From: a virus
Taxonomy: Duplodnaviria; Caudoviricetes
Length of the DNA stretch: 36,590 nucleotides
IMG/VR virus record: IMGVR_UViG_3300026026_000165
Span: 1-36,590 of that record
Strand: one strand, 5' to 3'
The translations under genes were made by a program, and so were the position numbers. How positions within the stretch are numbered: position 1 is the first letter of the stretch; every line of letters starts with the position of its first letter. Shown here in pieces: positions 27,610-35,710 of the stretch. The notes under the pieces are model-generated. The model saw only the letters and a list, made by a program, of their open reading frames with translations, did no database searches and was not told where the DNA came from.

Positions 27610-30259
27610 ATTTTATATCCTCTTGTTTTTCATAATAATTTACATCATCTTTGTTCTTATATATCTTTTCAATACCATAAAAATAATCCATCCCTGAAGT
27701 TTTAATCTCTTCAAATCGCTGCCTGACACTTTCATAAAACGCATGAAGGCCTTTTTTCTGACCTGAAAACATATTTTTATATAACGAATATAAATCTGTT
27801 CGACGTATTTTCAGATTTCTGTCAGACTTATCAACATTTATTTCACCTTGAGCGACCATGTCATCAATCCACATTAAAACACTCGAAGCCGTTCCAATAA
27901 CTGAACTTGACATTTCTTTTACGCATCTTGGCATAAATTTATTAAAATTACCTTCTGCAAATATTGTTTTTTCAGCGTGATCTATTGCAATATTAAATAA
28001 AATTTCAAGCGTTTCATGTTCCATAATTTTATTTATAAATATTTCCGATTCAATATTCCTTCGCTCTCGGGAAAAATCAGATTTAAACGGTACTGCATAT
28101 AATCGATTTTCTATATTTATATCCTCTGCCCGAGGCGATCCATTCGTCAAAATCAATGGTGTAGATGTATTCATAATCGAAAACTGGCTAATATGTTTTG
28201 GATTAATCATAACAGTTCCATTCTGTGATAATGTTTTTAATTCTCTTTCAGGTAATCGTCCGCCTACTTCAAAATCATCATCTGCTAAAACTAATTTTCC
28301 TGGTAATATTTCAGTATCATGAGGTGATTTTTGTTTTGCCCATCTTGAAAAATCCGCTTCAGCAAATTTATTTCCGTGAATTTTCTTTAAAATTTCTTTT
28401 AATGTTGATTTTCCCGAATCTTTTGAGCCGATCCAGATCATGAAACATTTTTCCCGCCAGGGTGTTAATGTATAACCAATATAACTTAATAGAAATTCTA
28501 CTATTTTTTCAGGTTCGTCTTCATTCCATGAAACTAATTTCATGAAGTATTCAAGCAGTAAATCTTTTCGTTTAATTTGATCGTCCGTTAAATTATTCAT
28601 ATCAATTTTATTATATGGGAATGGTGCTGTTGTTAATCCATGCGATGCGCAATGTTCTTTTTTATCAAACTTTGAATCTTTATAATTCCAGACTAAAACA
28701 CAATTTTTACATGAAATCGTTCTTTTAGATGATTGTTCAGTTAAAAAATTTTCATGATCCGGTTTTATGTTTTCTTTGACTATTTCCCGAAATGATCTTT
28801 CAATCTCGGACCGGGTCTGGTTATTTTTTTTGAATAAAAATGCTTTATGGGATCCATCACAAAACCAGCGAGCTCCATACCGAGATATAAACAATTCCAT
28901 TGGTTCATGTCCAATATCTGCAGTTTTAGGTAGCCAATATTTTTTATTTTGATCATAAATCCAAATCGTTTCAATATTTGAATCCTGAATTGTTTTTATA
29001 CCATTTTTATGAACATCCATAAAATACAATCTTGCTGCTTCCTGGAATGCCAAATCATTACGGACGTGTAAAAATCTTCTTACATTGTCTTTATCTTTTC
29101 GTGTTTCATCTGCAATAAGTGCATTTCTGACAAAAAAGCTCTCTTCAAATAATTTTTCTAATCCTGAATAATTAAGAGGTTCGTCCAGATCTTCAGGTTT
29201 TTTCTCTGTTTTTTCAGTTTTTTCGGGAATAATTTCTGAATTAAATATTTTTGCTTTTTTTATAAGTTTTTTTAATTCATCAATTCTTTTTGTTTTTATC
29301 ATGTCATCCGGATCAATATTATCAGGTAATTCAACAAGTTTTATAATACCTTTATATCCATATTTTAATAATTTTTCGGGATAATTTAATTTTTTGGGAT
29401 TTTTAATTTTATCATAACTTTTTAATCCGCATGCTTGCCGGCCAGCATCATCACCATCAAGCATAAAAATTATTTCTTCAAGAGGCAATAACCGTTTTAT
29501 CCCTTCGATTGACAGGCCTTCAGTTCCGCCCGTTGCTGTAGCCTGCGGTATACCGTTAATTCTGCATGCAAGAGCTGAGATTTCTGCTTCTACTAATATT
29601 ACTGATTTTGATGGTAGATCAGGATATGGAAACGTTTGCGAGCCGTGTGAGCCTCGTTTTTCAGTTATTTCCTTACCAGTATCCTTGTCTTTCCGGATAT
29701 ACATCAATTTTAATCCGTGTTCAAATCGACAAACAACCCCGGATCTGTGCCATGATGAATATTTCTTATTTTCGTCTGGAACGGGAATTCCCGCTTTTTC
29801 AAGAGTTTCTTTTCCAAGTGCTTTTTCAGCAATTTCATATCCAGGCCAAAATCCAAAATTATTTGCAAAATCAGAGCCGTATCCTCGTTTTTTTGCAAAA
29901 TAATTTAAATAATCAGGTTCTTTTTCAAGTAATTCACGGATATATTTTATTAGAATATCAAAAGATTTTTTATCAATTTTAAATGATTCTTTTTTTATAT
30001 AAATTTCAGATGTATCACCGAAATATTTCTGAGCAAATATAAATTGATCTGCTTTTTTAGAAAAATTTTCAAATAATCCGATAAAATCGTAAATGTCTTT
30101 CAAACCGCAGCCTGAAAAACATTTTGCGTTATCCTCGTATACTTTCATGGAAGGATTAGAATCTTTATGAAAAGGACAGGAAATATTCATATCAAAATTA
30201 TCAAATCCTTTTGAATGAAGATATTCCTGTAATCTTGGCTTATATTTTTTAAAATCCAT
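27599..30259 (-). CDS. Primase-helicase (CHC2 zinc finger, TOPRIM, SF3/D5-like helicase, C-terminal winged helix)
   Basis: CPFH.D..PS...CFSGC; VILVEAE; DGDDAG; DPDD; Walker A GSKDSGKST; LILTN. Confidence 0.9.
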   Translation of the reverse strand: MDFKKYKPRLQEYLHSKGFDNFDMNISCPFHKDSNPSMKVYEDNAKCFSGCGLKDIYDFIGLFENFSKKADQFIFAQKYFGDTSEIYIKKESFKIDKKSFDILIKYIRELLEKEPDYLNYFAKKRGYGSDFANNFGFWPGYEIAEKALGKETLEKAGIPVPDENKKYSSWHRSGVVCRFEHGLKLMYIRKDKDTGKEITEKRGSHGSQTFPYPDLPSKSVILVEAEISALACRINGIPQATATGGTEGLSIEGIKRLLPLEEIIFMLDGDDAGRQACGLKSYDKIKNPKKLNYPEKLLKYGYKGIIKLVELPDNIDPDDMIKTKRIDELKKLIKKAKIFNSEIIPEKTEKTEKKPEDLDEPLNYSGLEKLFEESFFVRNALIADETRKDKDNVRRFLHVRNDLAFQEAARLYFMDVHKNGIKTIQDSNIETIWIYDQNKKYWLPKTADIGHEPMELFISRYGARWFCDGSHKAFLFKKNNQTRSEIERSFREIVKENIKPDHENFLTEQSSKRTISCKNCVLVWNYKDSKFDKKEHCASHGLTTAPFPYNKIDMNNLTDDQIKRKDLLLEYFMKLVSWNEDEPEKIVEFLLSYIGYTLTPWREKCFMIWIGSKDSGKSTLKEILKKIHGNKFAEADFSRWAKQKSPHDTEILPGKLVLADDDFEVGGRLPERELKTLSQNGTVMINPKHISQFSIMNTSTPLILTNGSPRAEDINIENRLYAVPFKSDFSRERRNIESEIFINKIMEHETLEILFNIAIDHAEKTIFAEGNFNKFMPRCVKEMSSSVIGTASSVLMWIDDMVAQGEINVDKSDRNLKIRRTDLYSLYKNMFSGQKKGLHAFYESVRQRFEEIKTSGMDYFYGIEKIYKNKDDVNYYEKQEDIKYDE

Positions 30260-30270
30260 ATATAGAACCT

Positions 30271-30918
30271 TTATTTATTAACTTCGTAAAATGCTTGAGC
30301 AAATTTTTCTGAACATATTGATCGCCGTTCTTGTCTTGTTAATTTTCCATAATAATCAGGATGTATTTCTTTTGTTAAGAGAGAATCAAATTTTTTGTAT
30401 CGTTGATACAATAGGTTGTTTGTTTGCGCTTTTATATAATTTTCTTGTGATATTTTAACAGGTTTTTTTTCCGGAATATTAAAACATCCCCATAACGCAG
30501 TCATTTTTTGATAATCATCGCCATATTCGTATGGCTGGAAAATTAAAACTGGCCGTCCTAAAAACCAGTTTAGGCTTCCTTTCATGGGATTTTCTATACA
30601 CCAAAATTTTAAAGGGCTTTTCCGTTGTTGATCTGATATAATTTCGTATTGGCATTCCCATATTATACGCAAACATTCTTTAACCAAAAACATTCCTTCC
30701 TGTAGATCTCTTTTCTTTTTTGCATTCGTTCTAGCAAATGAAAACATTGTGCATGGAGGATTTGCAATTATTCCATATACATTTTTTGGAGGATGATAGT
30801 TTTCAACTCCAATATTTTTCCCGATACATCGAACATTATACCCATTATCCCTATACGGCTTTGAATCACTTCCAATATCTGCACATAAATGTAAAATAAT
30901 TTTATTGCTATTATCCAT
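30271..30918 (-). CDS. Minimal C5-cytosine DNA methyltransferase-like protein
   Basis: ILHLCA..GS (motif I-like), ANPPCT.FS (catalytic PC), IENP (motif VI), K.T.LWG.F and R...RS. Confidence 0.75.
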   Translation of the reverse strand: MDNSNKIILHLCADIGSDSKPYRDNGYNVRCIGKNIGVENYHPPKNVYGIIANPPCTMFSFARTNAKKKRDLQEGMFLVKECLRIIWECQYEIISDQQRKSPLKFWCIENPMKGSLNWFLGRPVLIFQPYEYGDDYQKMTALWGCFNIPEKKPVKISQENYIKAQTNNLLYQRYKKFDSLLTKEIHPDYYGKLTRQERRSICSEKFAQAFYEVNK

Positions 30919-30932
30919 AAATCCTCATTAAA

Positions 30933-31565
30933 TCAAATTTCAAACAATAATTTTAAAACTTCGACGTGATAACTATTTACAGTTCCAAATCTTTCATCTG
31001 GTATTTTCCTGATTTCTTTTCCCATTGATCTTGAAATACGACTTGCTTCTTTTCCATAGCAGATCATTTCTGAAAATCTTGCTTCGTCTATATTTTTTAA
31101 ATTCATATATCCAAGTAAAGAATAATAATCCTGCTTTATTTCAATTTGTTTTGGCTGATTGTTTTGAATTAATGAAAGCAAAATTTTATTTGTTTCAGTT
31201 TGTTGTTTCATAAACTCAATAAACATATTTTCAATTTTGTTATTTATTTTTAATTTGTTTTCACATTCAATAAAATATTTTCTAGCTTGTTTGCCTTTTT
31301 CATTATTCTCAACCATTGATAATTCTTTTGCCATTTCAATAGAAATATAATACATTTTACAATCTGCATTATTTCCGGTTACTAATTTTTCAGTAAGCAA
31401 AATATAATCAATATCTTGCTTAAAGTCATATTTTACAATACGGTTAAGAATCCAATCATTATGGCGTGTTCGAATTTCAAGAAAATTATGCAAATCTCTT
31501 GAATTACAAGTTTCAATTCCGTTTTTGTTTTCAATCTTAATCAATTCATGCATAATTCCCTCCAT
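30933..31565 (-). CDS. antA: AntA/AntB-type phage antirepressor
   Basis: SRDLH.FL......DWI..RI..Y.F....DY; Y.IS..MAKELSMVE.N.KG.QAR.YFI.CE; C-terminal DERFG.VNSY. Confidence 0.88.
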   Translation of the reverse strand: MEGIMHELIKIENKNGIETCNSRDLHNFLEIRTRHNDWILNRIVKYDFKQDIDYILLTEKLVTGNNADCKMYYISIEMAKELSMVENNEKGKQARKYFIECENKLKINNKIENMFIEFMKQQTETNKILLSLIQNNQPKQIEIKQDYYSLLGYMNLKNIDEARFSEMICYGKEASRISRSMGKEIRKIPDERFGTVNSYHVEVLKLLFEI

Positions 31566-31571
31566 AAAAAT

Positions 31572-31666
31572 AAAAAAGACTTTCAGTCTTAACCCATCGA
31601 GTGATAGAATCAGCTACTAAACTATACTCTACCGGATTAAGACAAAAAGTCCGATTTTAGCTGATT
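31572..31666 (-). promoter_or_regulatory. Structured leader (terminator plus alternative helices) upstream of the antirepressor
   Basis: AAGACT-3 nt-AGTCTT plus U tract; competing helix 31578-95 with 31634-51; 9-bp helix 31608-16 with 31658-66. Confidence 0.6.
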
Positions 31667-31678
31667 TTTATAATAAAA

Positions 31679-32146
31679 TTATTCCCTCAATTGTTTTACC
31701 ATTATTATTATTTTATTGCAATATCTTTTTGTACTCTCTGGAACTGGCAATTTTTTATAATTTACATTCCCATAACCAAAATTATAATAAATCAATGCAA
31801 GTCTAATGTTTCCATTTGATAATTTTAAACATTCTTTTATTACTTTGCATCCAGCATATAGATTTTTATCAATATCAAAAAAATCAGATTCTTTCCAGGA
31901 TGGATAATAAATCTCATTCAGCTGACATAATCCTAGTGACCGGCCTTTACATGAAATATTTTTACTTTGAGCAAATCGGTCATAATTTGATTCATTTTTT
32001 ACTATTGCCTGCAATAAATATGGGTCAATTTGACCCATTTCAGCATAATATTTTATTTTTTGAATTATATAATCATTATTAACAATAACTCCTGCAAATA
32101 AATTTAAACTTAAAAATAAATATAAAAAAATTATATACTTTTTCAT
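31679..32146 (-). CDS. Lytic transglycosylase (SLT domain) with signal peptide
   Basis: IDP.LL.AI...ES.Y, GLCQL, N...G and AL..YN.G motifs; MKK-hydrophobic-LFA leader. Confidence 0.85.
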   Translation of the reverse strand: MKKYIIFLYLFLSLNLFAGVIVNNDYIIQKIKYYAEMGQIDPYLLQAIVKNESNYDRFAQSKNISCKGRSLGLCQLNEIYYPSWKESDFFDIDKNLYAGCKVIKECLKLSNGNIRLALIYYNFGYGNVNYKKLPVPESTKRYCNKIIIMVKQLRE

Positions 32147-32310
32147 TTTTTAAACCTTTTTGTCAAATATTCATCATAATTTATAATAGCACTATTTATA
32201 AAATCAGACATATTATTATGAATTTCAGGCCATTTTTTACAAATCTGCCTTGTTTCTTCAGTGGTCCGGATCCGTATCTGTTTATCTTTTATTTCTGATT
32301 TCACTTTCAT
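32143..32310 (-). CDS. Ribbon-helix-helix DNA-binding protein (55 aa), not in ORF track
   Basis: KDKQIRIRTTEETRQICKK...NMSDFINSAI; AAGGA RBS; ATGA overlap with the SLT gene. Confidence 0.65.
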   Translation of the reverse strand: MKVKSEIKDKQIRIRTTEETRQICKKWPEIHNNMSDFINSAIINYDEYLTKRFKK

Positions 32311-32311
32311 T

Positions 32312-32533
32312 TTATATCCTTGCTTTCAAATTTACATACATTTCAAAAGACATTATCAATTTTAATAAATCTTCAGCATTTCCCGACTCCAATTTTTCAT
32401 TTATTTGTCGATGGAAATTTATTATAATATTCTCTTGAGTTTTTCTATATTCTTCATCTCTTCGCTTATCGATTTCATCATCCATAATAATAACCTCAAA
32501 TTGTCCATTCAAAGTTTTTTTCAAATCTATCAA
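32312..32533 (-). CDS. Hypothetical protein
   Basis: Helical small ORF in the early operon; start uncertain. Confidence 0.5.
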   Translation of the reverse strand: MIDLKKTLNGQFEVIIMDDEIDKRRDEEYRKTQENIIINFHRQINEKLESGNAEDLLKLIMSFEMYVNLKARI

Positions 32534-32566
32534 AATCCTTTAAAATTTCTTCCCATTCCTGATCAG

Positions 32567-32866
32567 TCAATTTTTTGTCCTTTTTGTCTGCATTTCTCTT
32601 ATTATATCACCAATCACAAATAAATCAAACCTTTTTTTATGTCTTGTAACAACTTTAAATTTTTTATTGCCTTTTACTGAACTTTTTTTGATAGTTAAAT
32701 TATACCTATAAATCTTCAAATAAACAATATCATAGCTATAATGAAACATATATTGATGACAATAATTACATTGATATATCCATTCTATATTTTTTTCAAT
32801 TAAAAAAGTATTCATTTTATGATGACATAATGGACATTTTTTAACTGGGGAGAATATAAATTTCAT
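32567..32866 (-). CDS. Hypothetical protein with CxxC...CxxC
   Basis: ATG 32866 after AAAGGAG; CPLC...CNYC. Confidence 0.5.
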   Translation of the reverse strand: MKFIFSPVKKCPLCHHKMNTFLIEKNIEWIYQCNYCHQYMFHYSYDIVYLKIYRYNLTIKKSSVKGNKKFKVVTRHKKRFDLFVIGDIIREMQTKRTKN

Positions 32867-32881
32867 CTTCAACTCCTTTAA

Positions 32882-33007
32882 TTAATCAATTTCTTCATCG
32901 TTATCATTCTCATCATCAAGTTCCTCTGGATTATAATCACATCCAATGCAATCCGCAGGAGAAAATAATCCTAAATTGCAATTACAACCGTATATTTCAC
33001 AAATCAT
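32882..33007 (-). CDS. 41-aa Cys-rich protein with acidic tail, not in ORF track
   Basis: MICEIYGCNCNLGLFSPADCIGCDYNPEELDDENDNDEEID; AAAGGAG RBS. Confidence 0.6.
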   Translation of the reverse strand: MICEIYGCNCNLGLFSPADCIGCDYNPEELDDENDNDEEID

Positions 33008-33048
33008 ACTCAACTCCTTTTGGTTTTTGGCTACTCAATGGCATAACC

Positions 33049-33189
33049 TTAAATATTTTTCGATATCATAATTCCAAACATTGGAATAGGAAGAAAATAC
33101 AATATTTTCTTTTCTTTATCCCAAAAAAAACCAATCCAAATATCATACCATCTAAAAAATGGTTTTATATTTAATTTCCATATTTTCAT
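33049..33189 (-). CDS. 46-aa Trp-rich hypothetical protein, not in ORF track
   Basis: MKIWKLNIKPFFRWYDIWIGFFWDKEKKILYFLPIPMFGIMISKNI; GGGGG RBS. Confidence 0.55.
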   Translation of the reverse strand: MKIWKLNIKPFFRWYDIWIGFFWDKEKKILYFLPIPMFGIMISKNI

Positions 33190-33219
33190 ATCAACCCCCA
33201 TTGATTCATACTCATAACT

Positions 33220-33393
33220 TCAACTCCTTTTTTCGTGATATATTGGTAAATAATTGTCCGGTATTTTAATACCCATCATTTTTGCATAATGAACATTTTT
33301 TAACTTCAGTTCAAAATCGTAAATCTCGGAATAAGTTTTTATCATTTTATTCTTATTCATGTCGTGAAATAAATTCCAAATGGCGTCTGTCAT
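33220..33393 (-). CDS. 57-aa hypothetical protein (MTDAIWNLF...), not in ORF track
   Basis: Manual translation; AAGGA RBS. Confidence 0.5.
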   Translation of the reverse strand: MTDAIWNLFHDMNKNKMIKTYSEIYDFELKLKNVHYAKMMGIKIPDNYLPIYHEKRS

Positions 33394-33405
33394 AACATTT
33401 TTTCC

Positions 33406-33594
33406 TTATATTTTATTATTCAAAAATTCCAATATTTCAAGATCGCCAGCATAATAATCAAATCGCTGAACATAAGCCAATAATTCACTATATTTTTTAA
33501 TAACATCATCATCAAAAATAACATTATATTTTTCTCTGATTTTGTCACATATTTCTAATTTTCTCTTTCTGGCTATAATTTTATCATTATTCAT
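33406..33594 (-). CDS. Hypothetical protein
   Basis: 62 aa; AAGGA RBS. Confidence 0.5.
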   Translation of the reverse strand: MNNDKIIARKRKLEICDKIREKYNVIFDDDVIKKYSELLAYVQRFDYYAGDLEILEFLNNKI

Positions 33595-33927
33595 TTAATA
33601 ATCCTTTTTGATGTTAAATTGATATATTAATCTAATTGGTTCCCTTTTATTAATATTTCCTAATTTTGTTAAATTCTCGCCTTGATACAATATACAACTA
33701 GGAAAATCATGAGAAGGGGTAAAAACTACTTTTTTACTTGTTATTTTTATTTTTCCAATATGATCCTGAATAATATCACCTATTTTATATGGATCATTTT
33801 CTTTTGCAAAATTTATTTTTAATGCGTTTTGTTCTTTATAATAATTTTCGTTTATAATATTTAATTTCGTTTCATATTCCTGTAATATCATTTTTATCAT
33901 CCTTTTTAAATGGTCACTACCCCTCAT
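33595..33927 (-). CDS. Hypothetical phage protein
   Basis: PYKIGDII.DH and Y.G..LTK.G pattern. Confidence 0.55.
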   Translation of the reverse strand: MRGSDHLKRMIKMILQEYETKLNIINENYYKEQNALKINFAKENDPYKIGDIIQDHIGKIKITSKKVVFTPSHDFPSCILYQGENLTKLGNINKREPIRLIYQFNIKKDY

Positions 33928-33942
33928 AGTGACCGGAATAAA

Positions 33943-34080
33943 TTACAGTTGAAATTTATTAATCTTTTCTTGTAACTTTTTGTTCTGTTCGTCGAATGCA
34001 ACGATAACTTCTTTTAATCCCTTACATCCTTCTGTCAAGTTCTTCAAAAACTCATTGTTAATAGTTTTAATCTTTTCCAT
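33943..34080 (-). CDS. 45-aa coiled-coil protein (MEKIKTINN...), not in ORF track
   Basis: TAAGGAG RBS; manual translation. Confidence 0.5.
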   Translation of the reverse strand: MEKIKTINNEFLKNLTEGCKGLKEVIVAFDEQNKKLQEKINKFQL

Positions 34081-34171
34081 CTTTTACTCCTTATAATTTA
34101 TTAAATCCTTTCGGATATTTTTCTTTAATTTCATCCCAGTTAATATTCATCTTATCACTCCTTATTAAGAA

Positions 34172-34217
34172 AGATCGGAGTTCCCACAGGGTATGGGGTT
34201 TCATCCCCCTCCGATCT
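34172..34217 (-). terminator. GC-rich branched hairpin / possible terminator
   Basis: AGATCGGAG...CTCCGATCT stem enclosing CCC-aca-GGG and GGGG-tttcat-CCCC. Confidence 0.5.
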
Positions 34218-34422
34218 ATTTTTTGAACACTTCGTACAAATGACGAAACAGCTCAATCTGTTCGTCAAGTATACGATTGTTTTCAACATTATCATTGCCA
34301 TTCATATTCATATTCATATTCATATTCATATTCATATTCATAAGCATTTTATGTTCACAAATATGTCTTAAAGCTGTTTCAATGTTGTTAGCAATAATAT
34401 CGCTTTTAGCTGCAATAATCAT
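34216..34422 (-). CDS. Hypothetical protein containing an (MN)7 tract
   Basis: 68 aa; AAAGGA RBS. Confidence 0.55.
   Translation of the reverse strand: MIIAAKSDIIANNIETALRHICEHKMLMNMNMNMNMNMNMNGNDNVENNRILDEQIELFRHLYEVFKK
34300..34341. repeat. Perfect hexamer tandem repeat (ATTCAT)7
   Basis: Read directly from the sequence. Confidence 0.95.
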
Positions 34423-34436
34423 TTAATTTCCTTTTC

Positions 34437-34476
34437 AAAAAACTGCCCGATTTTTATCCAGGGGAGGATCGGGCAG
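34437..34476 (-). terminator. Intrinsic terminator
   Basis: CTGCCCGAT...ATCGGGCAG stem followed by T6 on the - strand. Confidence 0.7.
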
Positions 34477-34533
34477 CCGGATTATATGCGAAATAACTAT
34501 TGCTAATTATTTCGCTTCAATCTATAAACTTTA

Positions 34534-34761
34534 TTAAAAAAATATTTCAACTAATTCTTGTTTTGTTTTTTTTCTTAAGTCTGTGATGCTGTAGAAATTT
34601 TCGTCTTGAGTTGTCAAAATAGCTTCAATTAAATTTCTTCTTGTTAATTTTATTTTGTAATATCCGCCGCCCAAAAAATCTCTTTCGCATGAATCGGAAT
34701 AATCGAATTCTCCATTGTATGAATTTCTTGATTTATATAAGCTCTTCATATAATCCCTCAT
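34534..34761 (-). CDS. Hypothetical early protein
   Basis: 75 aa directly downstream of a sigma70-like promoter. Confidence 0.55.
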   Translation of the reverse strand: MRDYMKSLYKSRNSYNGEFDYSDSCERDFLGGGYYKIKLTRRNLIEAILTTQDENFYSITDLRKKTKQELVEIFF

Positions 34762-34812
34762 ATGTTATTTTGATAGTCAGAAATCAACGATTTCTTTTTG
34801 CTATCTATATAT

Positions 34813-34874
34813 ATTATAGTTCTTTTTTTCTATATTGCAACATTATTTTCAAATATTTACAAATAATTTACAAT
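34813..34874 (-). promoter_or_regulatory. Sigma70-like leftward promoter with 20-bp repeated element
   Basis: TTGCAA (34835-40), 16 bp spacer, TATAAT (34813-18); ATTTACAAATAATTTACAAT at 34855-74. Confidence 0.65.
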
Positions 34875-34893
34875 TAATAAAATATTATTATTT

Positions 34894-35694
34894 TTATACA
34901 TTTACTGGATTCATATCAATTTCAATCCCATGGACTATTTTTATAATCTTTTTTATGTAAATTTTCTTATTATCGTATACTGAAGAATTTGGATCACATC
35001 GCTCTTCTTCCTTTTCAATTTCTTCAATTTCAAATCCCATATCACGAATTTTATATTCAAAATAATCAATATCGCACCTGACAAACCATTCCATATTCTG
35101 CCTATATTCAGAAAATAATCTGTCCAAATAACATTTTAATTTTCTGTTTTTTTGATCAATTTCCATTATTCCTGCGCCGGCTTTATTTCGATATATCCAT
35201 TGTTCGACACCTTTTGACAGGGTCAGTTTATCTTTATCAGCATTTGATTCAATCAAAAGTTTACTTTTTTGCTGAAGTTGTGAAATCTTTTGATCTTTAA
35301 ATTTTGACAACTTATCATCATTTTCAATTAACTGATCAATAAAAATATCTCTTTTCTCACTTTGTACTACAGATAAAATGACTATTTTTTTAGCAGATTT
35401 AGAGGTTAAAAAATAATTTACTTCAGGCCTTCCTCCTATATTTTCAGGGGGGTTTTCCCCATTGGTGGGGGAAACTATCCCTTCACCGTCCCCATCAATG
35501 GGGACGGCTTCTTTATTTTCCCGATTATTTTCAATAATAAAATCAATATTTTCTTTTAAATCAAATCTTTCAATCTGATATTTAATCCAACTTGAAAAAT
35601 ATCTTCCTATTTCCATTTCCTGCCAGATTGTTCTAGCATTGAACTGGAATATATCAAAATCTTTTAAATAAATTATGTTTTTATCATTTTCCAT
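34894..35694 (-). CDS. Divergent AntA-type antirepressor / DNA-binding protein
   Basis: NAR.IW..MEI...FSSWIK.QI....L.EN.DF and GGRP...YFLT...AK.I motifs; GGAG RBS. Confidence 0.7.
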   Translation of the reverse strand: MENDKNIIYLKDFDIFQFNARTIWQEMEIGRYFSSWIKYQIERFDLKENIDFIIENNRENKEAVPIDGDGEGIVSPTNGENPPENIGGRPEVNYFLTSKSAKKIVILSVVQSEKRDIFIDQLIENDDKLSKFKDQKISQLQQKSKLLIESNADKDKLTLSKGVEQWIYRNKAGAGIMEIDQKNRKLKCYLDRLFSEYRQNMEWFVRCDIDYFEYKIRDMGFEIEEIEKEEERCDPNSSVYDNKKIYIKKIIKIVHGIEIDMNPVNV

Positions 35695-35710
35695 CTAAAA
35701 TCTCCAAATA

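Noticed and set aside
34172-34217. tRNA gene
   Set aside because: Only 46 nt, with no TTCGA T-loop and no cloverleaf.
34300-34341. CRISPR array
   Set aside because: Simple 6-bp tandem repeat without spacers; no repeat-spacer array noticed elsewhere.
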